From Candidatus Doudnabacteria bacterium CG10_big_fil_rev_8_21_14_0_10_41_10 (GTDB lineage Bacteria > Patescibacteriota > Doudnabacteria > UBA920 > 2-01-FULL-50-11), in the NCBI GenBank assembly GCA_002773695.1, contig PFAJ01000006.1, positions 1 to 56,765 on the forward strand: a stretch of 56,765 nucleotides of DNA, written 5' to 3'. A model generated the notes under the pieces. That model had not been told where the DNA came from. It saw only the letters and a program-made list of their open reading frames with translations, and did not search any database. Below are positions 9,456 through 18,889 of this stretch, in pieces (within the stretch, counting starts at the first letter, position 1; each line of letters begins with the position of its first letter). The position numbers were made by a program, and so were the translations under genes.

Positions 9456-11180
9456 CTATTCTTTATTATAACGATAAATTTCAAAATCGCCTATAATCAA
9501 AACCCGTTCGGCTTCCGACAAATTTTTTGGCGACCAAACATCTTTTTGTAAATCAATAACGATATAATCCAACTGGTATTTATTAAACAGTGCCGGGAGC
9601 CCATCCTCTAAATATTTTTGGTAATCCGACACAGCTTTTGTATACTCCTCTTCAGGAAAACAAGTACGGCAGCCATAAATTCTCCTTATAGAGAATCCCC
9701 CAAGCAGATCGGCCACTCTATTGGGATTGTCGCGGAAAAACTGTTCCGCGTTTTTTTCAGACACCCCTTCTAACATTACCTCCAAATAATGCATGTCGGC
9801 TAATCGCTCTTGTGGAGTGTTGGATAAAAACATAAAACTGGAAAAATAAGCGTTGTTATGGGTAAACGCTGTAATATTGTCGCCTTCATCCCTGTCAGCA
9901 ACCAAAACGACGGAATCTGTTGCTGTATTATCATTTAACCAGTCATAAACCACTCCATACCTCTGCCTTGCTTTATAATATTCCCCATAATGCGCGTAGG
10001 ATTTCTGTTGTTTTATAACGCCCGATGTGAATAAAAATCCAACCAAAATAATAACAATACCGAGTTTCAAAATTTTTCTCGATTCTAATTTGAAAATTTT
10101 GAAAAAAGCCATCAATCCAATCAACCCAAAAACCGGAGCAATAAAATACCAATGAAAATGCGCTGGGGTTAATTCTTGCCCGGTAAATACCTGCTGGTTG
10201 ACTGCGAAAAAACCACCCAACATTAAACTTGCAAACCAGATTTGTTTTTGTCGATCTTTAAACCACACTAAAATCGAGGCCGCCAATCCAACAATCGCGC
10301 TCCAGTTCATAAAAAAATTACGGCTCGAAAACATCCCTACGTGCAAACCCAGTTGCTCCCGGTTGGGAATACTGAAAAAAGCAAAGACATTAAATAGATA
10401 AGGGATGGCCACTAATAAAGCGGTTATATGCAACAAAACCAATTTCTTAAAATTTGTAAACGATTTCGTAAACAACCAGTACAGTCCCAAAAAACCATTC
10501 CCCGCTAAAACAAATGTCCAGGTATAAAAATAAATATAAACGCTAAACCCTAAAACAATCCCAGTGGAGTACAAAAATATATTGCGTTTTGTTTTTAACC
10601 ATTCCCAAAAAAGCGAAGCATACCCAAAGAAAAACAGCATTCCCATTTGTGGCGAGACGGGACGGGAAAAGACCACCGGGCTGGTATTGGGGAACTGAAA
10701 CTGTAAAAAGTTTAAAACCCCTTTAGGATTTTGCAATAAATCTATCCCGAAAAATATCAAAACCGCGCCCAACAACCCTTGGGCACGGGAACGAGTAAAA
10801 CGATAGATGAAAGTGTACACCGACAAAAACAACAAAAACGGCAACACTACTCTAGTAGCGAAAAATATCCGAAAAGCAACGTCACTAGAAAACGATAGAT
10901 AACCAAGCCCCGCTAAAATTATTTCTGGCAAAGGTGGTTGGATGTATGGCAAATTTTTGTACTCTGCCAAAAAAGCATTACTTGTTTTAAGGTTTCCATC
11001 ATATATATCATGAATTCTGCCGGCGTAGTATAACTCACTATCACTTCCTCCATAGTAAATGCCCTGGTAATCGGCCCCCGAATCATTCTTCAACCAAAAC
11101 TGGGGCAAATAGATCATTACTACTGCCGCTGCGGCAAATAGTATGGCGATATAGTGTTTTGTTAAAACCCCGGCCATCAA
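9456..11180 (-). CDS. large polytopic membrane protein with C-terminal soluble domain (possible GT-C-like)
   Basis: 574-aa ORF with at least 10 TM helices followed by about 170 soluble residues. ATGA overlap with the GT4 gene upstream. No motif recognised. Confidence 0.4.
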   Translation of the reverse strand: MMAGVLTKHYIAILFAAAAVVMIYLPQFWLKNDSGADYQGIYYGGSDSELYYAGRIHDIYDGNLKTSNAFLAEYKNLPYIQPPLPEIILAGLGYLSFSSDVAFRIFFATRVVLPFLLFLSVYTFIYRFTRSRAQGLLGAVLIFFGIDLLQNPKGVLNFLQFQFPNTSPVVFSRPVSPQMGMLFFFGYASLFWEWLKTKRNIFLYSTGIVLGFSVYIYFYTWTFVLAGNGFLGLYWLFTKSFTNFKKLVLLHITALLVAIPYLFNVFAFFSIPNREQLGLHVGMFSSRNFFMNWSAIVGLAASILVWFKDRQKQIWFASLMLGGFFAVNQQVFTGQELTPAHFHWYFIAPVFGLIGLMAFFKIFKLESRKILKLGIVIILVGFLFTSGVIKQQKSYAHYGEYYKARQRYGVVYDWLNDNTATDSVVLVADRDEGDNITAFTHNNAYFSSFMFLSNTPQERLADMHYLEVMLEGVSEKNAEQFFRDNPNRVADLLGGFSIRRIYGCRTCFPEEEYTKAVSDYQKYLEDGLPALFNKYQLDYIVIDLQKDVWSPKNLSEAERVLIIGDFEIYRYNKE

Positions 11181-12334
11181 CGATTCAATTTAGAATTTAA
11201 AAAACTCAAAATCTTTTTAGCGCGGGCTTGCCAGCTATACTTTTGAACTTCTTGAAAGGCGTTACTGACAATCCTTTCTGTTGGCACCTCTTCTGCTAAA
11301 ACCGCCTTTATTTTTTTTGACAAATCCAATGGATCATCCGGTGTAAAAAATATAGCCGTAGATTTATCCAAAACATCTAACAAGCTAGGAATTTTGGAAG
11401 CTATTACAGGACGACGAGATGCCATATACTCAAAAAGTTTTAGCGGGGATGTATAATATTTACTAATATCTTTTTTTGCGGAATTCGGCAAAACAAAAAC
11501 ATCAGCTGATGCTAGATATAGTGGGACCTCTGATGGCGAGACGCGTCCTAATAATTTAATTTTTTTTAATCGAAACTTTTCTAAAAACTCCTTAAATTTC
11601 GAAGTATCTTTATCTGTCCCTCCAATAATATATACTGTTGCGTTATCATCTAAATACTCTGCGGCATGCGCTAGGGTGTGAACACCTTTCCAATCGTATA
11701 AATGTCCCATGTACAAAACAATTTTTTTGTTTCCGGGCATACCAAGAGCCTGTCGCGCTTTTTGTTTGGTAATCAAAACGCCAAATTTTTCCATATCAAC
11801 ACCGTCATGTGCCACTATAATTTTGTCTTCTAACAGATATTTTTCCAATTGCTTGGCCAAATTTCCATTTATAGCCACAACCCCACGGGATTTTTCAAAA
11901 ACCTTCAACAATAACTTGCCAGGGTTTATTTTGGTAGTATGAATTTCGTAAAAATATCGATATTTAGCCTGAATCACAGGAACTAAAGGATAAGTGTCTC
12001 GACTGTAAAATATAGCGTCTTTATAGTCGCCTCTCCGCAACTCTTGCTTGATTGAATTTGCAAACGTTTTTGACTGGATATAAAAACCGACGCCTGGTAA
12101 AAAATTTAACTTACCGATCATATCAAGACAAAAAAACTTTCGCACTCTAAACCTTTTTTTCACTTCGTAGAATTCAAATATATCCTTTTCTTCAAAATCG
12201 GGATTATTTCTTCTAGGAAGCCACAATTCCAAATCGACACCTTGCCCCACCAAGGCTTCACAGGTTTTCATAATTTGAATCCCATGAGCTTTTTCAGTTG
12301 GAATACGTGCGTTGGCAATATAAATCAATTTCAT
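11177..12334 (-). CDS. family 4 (GT-B) glycosyltransferase
   Basis: 385-aa ORF with the EX7E region PLKLFEYMASRRPVIAS. Confidence 0.85.
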   Translation of the reverse strand: MKLIYIANARIPTEKAHGIQIMKTCEALVGQGVDLELWLPRRNNPDFEEKDIFEFYEVKKRFRVRKFFCLDMIGKLNFLPGVGFYIQSKTFANSIKQELRRGDYKDAIFYSRDTYPLVPVIQAKYRYFYEIHTTKINPGKLLLKVFEKSRGVVAINGNLAKQLEKYLLEDKIIVAHDGVDMEKFGVLITKQKARQALGMPGNKKIVLYMGHLYDWKGVHTLAHAAEYLDDNATVYIIGGTDKDTSKFKEFLEKFRLKKIKLLGRVSPSEVPLYLASADVFVLPNSAKKDISKYYTSPLKLFEYMASRRPVIASKIPSLLDVLDKSTAIFFTPDDPLDLSKKIKAVLAEEVPTERIVSNAFQEVQKYSWQARAKKILSFLNSKLNR

Positions 12335-13965
12335 CGTAGTTTATAAATAAAAATTTTTGGACCCAAATTTTGAATGGCGAAAATATCAGTTATTGGAGCC
12401 TCCAGATTGCCGTTTATATCTACTGCCTTTTCTTTATTAAAACTTTTTACTATTTCTGACCCCTCACTTATTGCAGAAACTGCCACAGGAATTTGATCCT
12501 CATTAAAATACTCTACGACCAAGTAATCATAATTATTTGCCGCTCCCTTTTCTTGATCAATCCCAAACCCGACCACAGACAAGTCATTAAAATTCAAAAC
12601 ATTATACGCAGGCACTGGATATCGATTAAAAGAAATATTTTCTAAAACTTGATGTTTTGTTCTTATCGCCTCCGGAAAATTATTTTTTAAAATCTCTATT
12701 GCCTCTGGATTTGGAGTTAACTCTAAGGTCCGAGTATATATCGCTATAGAAGAATCAGCGGGAATATTTTCTTCAATCCACTCCTTTGCCTGCTCCCGGG
12801 AATCAGGTTTCGTGAGTAAATAATCATAATAAATGCTGACTGAAAACGACAAAAGCAAAATAAATATCACAACTACTTTTTGCAAATGATTGCTGAAAGG
12901 AATTTCCCAAAGCTGAAGCATAGTAAGCCCTCCTAAAACCGCAAACCATGGAACCAGTAGCAAATTATACCGGGGTTCGAAATGGAAAAAGAAATATAAG
13001 ATAATCCAATAAATTAATGGAAAACTAACAAACAAAGCAAAAAGCCTCTTTTGAGTTATTCCAAGAATTATTAGACCCAAAACTCCAGCGACAACCAAAA
13101 CCGGCTCATGCTGGAAAAATGAAAAAAAACTTGTTCCGACAGCGGTTAACATTCCCAAAAAACTTTTCGGATTTGTAAATGTTGAATCTTCGCCAAACAC
13201 AATGCGATGGAATTCGGGATAATTTAACAATGTAAATATTGCTCCGATAAAAGTAAACAACAAATTAAATATCCAAATTTTAGCGCCGATAAATTTCTCC
13301 TTCAAAGAACTTTGTTTGTTTAAAAAATGCGCGAGTAAAAACACCACTACCCCAATACCTGTTATATAACTTGCTCCAAATGCGATACCAGAAACAGCCC
13401 CCGCCCACAAATAAGTTGCCCTTTCTGGTTTAAAATATACAAGCACCGCGGCCGCAATAATAAGATAAGTAAAAAATCCGGCAGGCGCCCAATGGCGAGC
13501 AAAATGAGAAAGCTGGACAGAAAAAAAACTCCCTGCCACAAACACCGAAGCAAACAGACCTAATTTTTTCCCAAAAACCCTATTGCCGATAGTATATGTA
13601 AGATAAACAGTCAAAGTCCCCAAAACCGCCGTAACTACTCTGCTAACCATCCAAACCGGGGTCGGATTTAAAACAATCGTCTCTTTTAATAAATTAAAAT
13701 CTGTTCCGCTGAAAATAAATTTTAAAAATAAAACTGGGACAATAAAAATCAAATATAAATACGACATCAAAGGTGGGTAGTAAAGCAAACGAAAATCTTC
13801 TGGATGAAAAGCGGGCACCAAAATGCGCAACTCAAGCATTTTCAGAGAAGCGCCAGTAATACTTACCTCGTCAGATACCAAAAACATCGGCAAACCGTAA
13901 TCGATACCGATTATTCGGAGAATAAAGGCGGCTACTATAATAATAAATAATATTTTTTTCATCAA
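12331..13965 (-). CDS. GT-C type membrane glycosyltransferase (ArnT/GT39-like)
   Basis: 544-aa ORF with about 12 TM helices. First loop has VSDEVSITG and YYPPLMSYLY motifs typical of ArnT/PMT-like enzymes, followed by a C-terminal soluble domain. Confidence 0.6.
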   Translation of the reverse strand: MMKKILFIIIVAAFILRIIGIDYGLPMFLVSDEVSITGASLKMLELRILVPAFHPEDFRLLYYPPLMSYLYLIFIVPVLFLKFIFSGTDFNLLKETIVLNPTPVWMVSRVVTAVLGTLTVYLTYTIGNRVFGKKLGLFASVFVAGSFFSVQLSHFARHWAPAGFFTYLIIAAAVLVYFKPERATYLWAGAVSGIAFGASYITGIGVVVFLLAHFLNKQSSLKEKFIGAKIWIFNLLFTFIGAIFTLLNYPEFHRIVFGEDSTFTNPKSFLGMLTAVGTSFFSFFQHEPVLVVAGVLGLIILGITQKRLFALFVSFPLIYWIILYFFFHFEPRYNLLLVPWFAVLGGLTMLQLWEIPFSNHLQKVVVIFILLLSFSVSIYYDYLLTKPDSREQAKEWIEENIPADSSIAIYTRTLELTPNPEAIEILKNNFPEAIRTKHQVLENISFNRYPVPAYNVLNFNDLSVVGFGIDQEKGAANNYDYLVVEYFNEDQIPVAVSAISEGSEIVKSFNKEKAVDINGNLEAPITDIFAIQNLGPKIFIYKLR

Positions 13966-13991
13966 AAAATTTAAATTCGTAAATTAAAATT

Positions 13992-14981
13992 TTAAATTTT
14001 CACTCCTGTCCCTCTCCAACTATTTTTATTCCTCCAAGTAATAACCACCTCGGAAAGCCTTGCTTCGTCAAACCATGTCTGAAATTCATCACGGGGGATA
14101 TAAAAAGCGGTTGGGGCGACTAAATGATCAAAAACTATAGAATAATTTTCCTGGAAAGAATAACCTGAAATTGAATATAAATAATCATTATAAAACAAAA
14201 ATTTTTTCAGCGGGTTAACATATTTATTTATCGGCCGATAAATAACTTTTAGCGCCAATTGCAATGGCGCAGTAATTATAAAAGCTATAAATTTTGTTAT
14301 AATCTTTGGTAACTTGGAAGTAATACCAATTCGAATCGGGTTGATTATTTTTTCAATCCACCAGTTGCCTTCACGTCCGTACACCCAAGCGGAAATACTG
14401 CCACCCGGCTTTAAATGGCTCGTAAGTGTCAAAAAACCCCGTTTTGGGTCCGGTAGGTGATGTAACACTCCGATGCTGTATATATAGTCAAAAACTTGCT
14501 TAAAAGGCAAATTATAAATATCGGCCTGGATCAAATGTACATTTGAAAACTTACGAGTATTTAAAAAAGCGACATCAATAGCTTCCGATAAATCTATTCC
14601 TATCACATCCCTGGCTCCAAACTCCGCTGCTAAATAAACATGCCTCCCTTTGCCACATCCGCCATCTAACACCACTTTGTCTTTAAAAAAATCGCTGGTT
14701 ATTGGTTTGATCCAGCTTAAAAACTGATCCCTGTATTTATCTGTTAAATGAGTAAATTTTCTCCATTCATACCCAAATGCCTCCGCCGTCTGTTTTTTAT
14801 CTTCCGACAAACTGGCAGGCAACATCCTTAACACTCCTCCACGTATCGAAAAATTGTCACCGCAAGGTTCGCAACAGACACTACCTTCCATTATTTCCGC
14901 GCCATCTTGTTTATAAACTTTCAGTTCAAATTTTCCATCGCACTTTTTACAAGTCAAATATTCTAGTAATTTTGATTTCAT
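13992..14981 (-). CDS. SAM-dependent methyltransferase with N-terminal Trm112-like zinc ribbon
   Basis: 329-aa ORF with CKKCDG...CCEPCG...IRGGVLRML, then VLDGGCGKGRH and LKPGGSISAWV. Confidence 0.8.
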   Translation of the reverse strand: MKSKLLEYLTCKKCDGKFELKVYKQDGAEIMEGSVCCEPCGDNFSIRGGVLRMLPASLSEDKKQTAEAFGYEWRKFTHLTDKYRDQFLSWIKPITSDFFKDKVVLDGGCGKGRHVYLAAEFGARDVIGIDLSEAIDVAFLNTRKFSNVHLIQADIYNLPFKQVFDYIYSIGVLHHLPDPKRGFLTLTSHLKPGGSISAWVYGREGNWWIEKIINPIRIGITSKLPKIITKFIAFIITAPLQLALKVIYRPINKYVNPLKKFLFYNDYLYSISGYSFQENYSIVFDHLVAPTAFYIPRDEFQTWFDEARLSEVVITWRNKNSWRGTGVKI

Positions 14982-14982
14982 T

Positions 14983-16974
14983 TTACAACCACTTTTCCTT
15001 CCACATTTGGAAAACCATTAATGTCCAAAGAGCCTTGCGATTATCTTTCTTTCTTGCTGTATGTTCACTTACCAGTTTTTGAACATAGTTGGAGTTAAAG
15101 TATCCTTCTCTTTTAATTCTATCTGAGTTTAGGAGTTCATGCAAAAGTGGGTTTAGCGAACCGACAAGCCAATTTGCCATTGGGATGCCGAAACCTTTCT
15201 TTTTGCGGTTTACTATCTCTCGTGGAAGATATTTACCCATAACTTGTTTTAAAAGATATTTAGTAGTGAGACCGCGCATTTTGTATTTAACCGGTAAAGA
15301 ATTGATAAATTCCGCCAGCTCAACCGCTAAAAACGGGGCCCTGGTTTCCAGTGACACCATCATTGACGCCCGGTCGGATTTGGTCAGAATATTATCCTGC
15401 AAATACAATTTTAAATAAAGATAAATAATTTTGTTAAAACTGGAAGCATTTGGAACCTCATTGAGATAGCGCGCGATGTCGGAGAAGACGGGTATAAAAA
15501 AATTATCGTTCGAGCTTGTCGAGAAACTCTTTCTCGACTCCGCTTCTCTTTGCTCGAAGAATAATTGTTTGCATAGTTCTTCATTCAAAAGCCCTCCCTG
15601 CTCATGCGGGGCAAAAGAGTTAATCCAAACAAAATCACGATAAAGATTTGGATATCGCTTGCTTAAAGCAACTCTTTTCAATCCATACTCCCAGGTAATA
15701 TTATTAAAAGATGTTGGTAATGCATCTACCAAAGACTTCGGGATTAAATCTAGTAACCATAAAAACTTTCTTACCTGCATTGTCGGATACCCTCCCAGCA
15801 ACTCATCCGAACCATCACCGTCAAGCGCTACTGTAACTTTTTTCCGAGTGAATTTGGACAACAGATAAGTAGGTAGCATTGAAGCATCTGAAAATGGTTC
15901 GTCCAGTTTATCAAAAACTTCGGGGATCACCCCTTGTGTGTCTTTGCTTGAAAATATGTGCTCCGTGTGTTCCGTCCCTAAAATACCGGCGACTTTTTTT
16001 GCGTACGTAGATTCGTCAAAAGATTTGTCCTCAAACCCAATAGAAAAAGTTTTTACTTTCCGGGCACTGTTTTTTTGCGCAAAATACGCAATCGTTGAAG
16101 AATCCAGCCCTCCCGAAAGAAATACTCCCAAAGGAACATCGGAAACCAAGCGAGATTTTACCGCGCGCTCAAGTATGTGTTCGAGCTGAGCAGAAGCATT
16201 GGCAAGGGAAATATCAGATTCTTTGAAGGACATGCTCCAATATTTTGAAATTGTCCAGCCGTGTGATTCGCCGTCTGCCTCTCCCGGCCTCCGGCCACCC
16301 TCCCCGACTTCGGGGAGGGGTTGGGGGAGAGGCTTGGAACTTTGCCGATAAGCTACGGGATATTCCAAATAACTTGCCGGCTCCAGTTTATAAATCCCTT
16401 TAAAGATAGATAAAGGCGCGGGAACATAATCAAAAGTTAAATATTTTGAAAATGCCTCAAAATCCAGCTCTTTTTTTACAGCGGGGTGAGAAAGTATCGC
16501 CTTCAGCTCCGATCCAAAAATAAACACCCCATCAAAAGTTCCATAGTACAGAGGCTTTTCCCCAAACCGGTCTCGAGCCAGAATCAACTGATTATTTTTT
16601 TCATCCCAAACAGCCAATCCAAACATCCCGTCGAGTTTGTTAAAAACTTCGACCCCCCACTGCTCGTATCCGCGAATGATTACTTCGGTATCAGAATCGC
16701 TAGAAAAAGTTTGCCCCAATTTTGCAAGCTCAATTTTTAACTGGTGGTAATTGTAAATTTCACCATTGAAAACAATCGCAGACATTTTATCACCAGAAAA
16801 CATCGGCTGCTTCCCGCCCGCAAGATCAATAATCCGCAACCGACGCATACCAAGGGATACCCGGTTATTAACAAAATAACCTTCTTCATCCGGACCCCGA
16901 TGAACAAGGCTACGCGTCATTTTTTTTACAATGTTTTCGTTGGGCTTTCCAACAAAACCGGCAATTCCACACAT
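14983..16974 (-). CDS. asnB: asparagine synthase (glutamine-hydrolysing) family amidotransferase, glycan-cluster type (WbpS-like)
   Basis: 663-aa ORF with N-terminal nucleophile MCGIAGF and PP-loop SGGLDSS. It contains two in-frame palindromic insertions (see repeats at 15509 and 16277). Confidence 0.85.
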   Translation of the reverse strand: MCGIAGFVGKPNENIVKKMTRSLVHRGPDEEGYFVNNRVSLGMRRLRIIDLAGGKQPMFSGDKMSAIVFNGEIYNYHQLKIELAKLGQTFSSDSDTEVIIRGYEQWGVEVFNKLDGMFGLAVWDEKNNQLILARDRFGEKPLYYGTFDGVFIFGSELKAILSHPAVKKELDFEAFSKYLTFDYVPAPLSIFKGIYKLEPASYLEYPVAYRQSSKPLPQPLPEVGEGGRRPGEADGESHGWTISKYWSMSFKESDISLANASAQLEHILERAVKSRLVSDVPLGVFLSGGLDSSTIAYFAQKNSARKVKTFSIGFEDKSFDESTYAKKVAGILGTEHTEHIFSSKDTQGVIPEVFDKLDEPFSDASMLPTYLLSKFTRKKVTVALDGDGSDELLGGYPTMQVRKFLWLLDLIPKSLVDALPTSFNNITWEYGLKRVALSKRYPNLYRDFVWINSFAPHEQGGLLNEELCKQLFFEQREAESRKSFSTSSNDNFFIPVFSDIARYLNEVPNASSFNKIIYLYLKLYLQDNILTKSDRASMMVSLETRAPFLAVELAEFINSLPVKYKMRGLTTKYLLKQVMGKYLPREIVNRKKKGFGIPMANWLVGSLNPLLHELLNSDRIKREGYFNSNYVQKLVSEHTARKKDNRKALWTLMVFQMWKEKWL
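15509..15558. repeat. nested palindrome inside the asnB-like CDS (MITE-core module)
   Basis: TTCGAGC tt GTCGAGAAA ctc TTTCTCGAC ...GCTCGAA, translated in frame as FFEQREAESRKSF. The same CTTCGAGC..GTCGAGAA module occurs in the 35746/39120/46273 elements and at 31326-31411. Confidence 0.65.
16277..16333. repeat. GC-rich nested palindrome inside the asnB-like CDS
   Basis: GCCTCTCCC...CCCTCCCCG actt CGGGGAGGG...GGGAGAGGC, with perfect 9-bp outer and 9-bp inner stems. Translated in frame as KPLPQPLPEVGEGGRRPGEA. Confidence 0.7.
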
Positions 16975-16998
16975 AATACAGTAATTATAGCTGATTTA

Positions 16999-17027
16999 AT
17001 AAAAAAAGGCAGTCCTTGATGACTGCC
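16999..17027 (-). terminator. rho-independent terminator after the 17078-17812 gene
   Basis: On the minus strand, GGCAGTC atcaag GACTGCC is followed by TTTTTTT. Confidence 0.7.
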
Positions 17028-17077
17028 CATTTGAAACATAATATATTACGTAATTTCAGTCCTTGGCTGATATGCTA

Positions 17078-17812
17078 TTATAATCCTTTTGTGTGTACTT
17101 CAGCCGAACTTGTTACTTTAACCGGCGGAGTGGTTTTTACGCGGATTAAAGACTTTTTAAAAAATTTAATCGGTGGCGCCGATAATCGAAAAACTATTAC
17201 CAAGATACCTAAAATAGACGCGATTAAACTTGGGGGGAGGAGCAAAGATTCCGACACTCCTTCAAACCATGCCGACCATAGCGGTCCGTCAAGTAAAATA
17301 GCGCGAGGGATAAATACTATATAAATCAAATACCCTAATCGTAAAGAATTTCTCCAAAGTTTTGGGCTGATCAATACTGGCACTTTCTCGTGAGAAATTA
17401 CCGTCATAAAAGTCAAAATCAACATTGCTATTGCTCCGAGTTGTTGGTCTTGGGTTATTATCCCTTTCAAAACCGGGTTTACAAAATTTTCTTGCGGATG
17501 GAGGGCTGCCAATAAAGAAACGTGAAGCATGGCATACCAATATCCAACTAATCCAAAATATTTTCTATAGGCGAGTTTTGTGTCAAGGAAATCCGTGTAA
17601 AAAGTAAATGTCCCAAACGCGAATGAAATCGCGATCATTACAGCGGAGATTCCCGCCAGCGCATTTATAAAACTTCCAAAATTGTAAAATCCTTGCCAGA
17701 AGTAATAATAAATCGACCACAAGGTCAAAAACCCCAGGCTCCAATAAAAACTATTTTTCCAAAACCTTATTTTTATTTCTTTAGGAAGCATGCCTATCCC
17801 ATTATACCACAC
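17078..17812 (-). CDS. ferric-reductase-like / MsrQ(YedZ)-like heme-b membrane protein
   Basis: 244-aa ORF with 6 TM helices. YRKYFGLVGYWYAMLHV resembles the His-bearing helix of MsrQ-type domains. Confidence 0.45.
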   Translation of the reverse strand: MWYNGIGMLPKEIKIRFWKNSFYWSLGFLTLWSIYYYFWQGFYNFGSFINALAGISAVMIAISFAFGTFTFYTDFLDTKLAYRKYFGLVGYWYAMLHVSLLAALHPQENFVNPVLKGIITQDQQLGAIAMLILTFMTVISHEKVPVLISPKLWRNSLRLGYLIYIVFIPRAILLDGPLWSAWFEGVSESLLLPPSLIASILGILVIVFRLSAPPIKFFKKSLIRVKTTPPVKVTSSAEVHTKGL

Positions 17813-17830
17813 TCAAATATATTCAGGGAG

Positions 17831-18781
17831 TTAAAAATTTATTTTTTCTTTTATTTCGTAAGTTCGTTTCTTTTGTGACTCATGATAAGTCCGTACCAAA
17901 ATCTCTGCGAGCAAGCCCATTAAAATAAACAGTACTCCAACAATTATAAATAACGCCATAATCATTGGTAGTGGCGTAGAAATAAAATCTTTTTGATGAA
18001 CAGTTGAAAATTTATAATAAATCGATGCCATTGCGGCAATACAACCGATAAAAATTGAAACCAACCCTGCGCCGCCAAAAAAATGCATTGGTCTATGAAA
18101 ATATCTAGTTAGAAACTTTAAAGCGATTAAATCCAGAATAACTTTAAATACGCGGTTTACTCCATAATTCGATTTCCCGAACTTCCTGGGAGTGTAACCT
18201 ATCGGCATTTCAAAAATTTTAGCGCCGTGCCACGAAAGATACGCTGCGATAAACCGATGCATATCTCCATAAAGCCGAATACCTTTTAACACAGAGACAC
18301 GATACACCTTTAAGGTGCTGCCATGATCATGGAGGCGAATCCCCGAAATAAAAGATATCAGCCGACTTGCCACGTCCGAAGGAATCCGTCTTGTAAAAGT
18401 TTGATTTTGCCAGCGGTTTATACGCCAGCCCGCCACAATGTCATATCCTTCATTTAACTTCGCGATCATTTTTGGAATGTCTTCCGGATGATTTTCCAAA
18501 TCGGAGTCAATCGGAACTATCACTTCACCACTGGCATGCTCGATGCCGGCGGCTAGTGCCGAGGTTTGCCCAAAATTTCTAGTAAAACTGATTATTTTTA
18601 CTTTTGGGTCTTCTTTGGTTAGATTGTTAAGAACTTCACGACTTTTATCACATGAACCGTCGTTAATAAAAATCACCTCGTAGTCATAATTTTGAGACGA
18701 CAAAACCTCCCGAAGGCGATGCGCCAATTCTGGTAAAGATTCTGCTTCATTAAAAACCGGAACAATAATCGTAGCTTTCAT
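17831..18781 (-). CDS. family 2 glycosyltransferase, polyprenyl-phosphate sugar transferase type
   Basis: The ORF track starts at a TTG (18823). The ATG at 18781 gives the canonical N-terminus MKATIIVPVFNE. Also INDGSCD, PIDSDLENHPED (DxD) and two C-terminal TM helices. Confidence 0.85.
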   Translation of the reverse strand: MKATIIVPVFNEAESLPELAHRLREVLSSQNYDYEVIFINDGSCDKSREVLNNLTKEDPKVKIISFTRNFGQTSALAAGIEHASGEVIVPIDSDLENHPEDIPKMIAKLNEGYDIVAGWRINRWQNQTFTRRIPSDVASRLISFISGIRLHDHGSTLKVYRVSVLKGIRLYGDMHRFIAAYLSWHGAKIFEMPIGYTPRKFGKSNYGVNRVFKVILDLIALKFLTRYFHRPMHFFGGAGLVSIFIGCIAAMASIYYKFSTVHQKDFISTPLPMIMALFIIVGVLFILMGLLAEILVRTYHESQKKRTYEIKEKINF

Positions 18782-18889
18782 GCAATTACTGCCTATTTTA
18801 TCAGAAATCGCGCAAAAAATCAATTTGTATTTTGGTTGCCCTTAGGGCACGGCTGTGATATCCTTTTTAAGTAATAATAAACATTTTTT

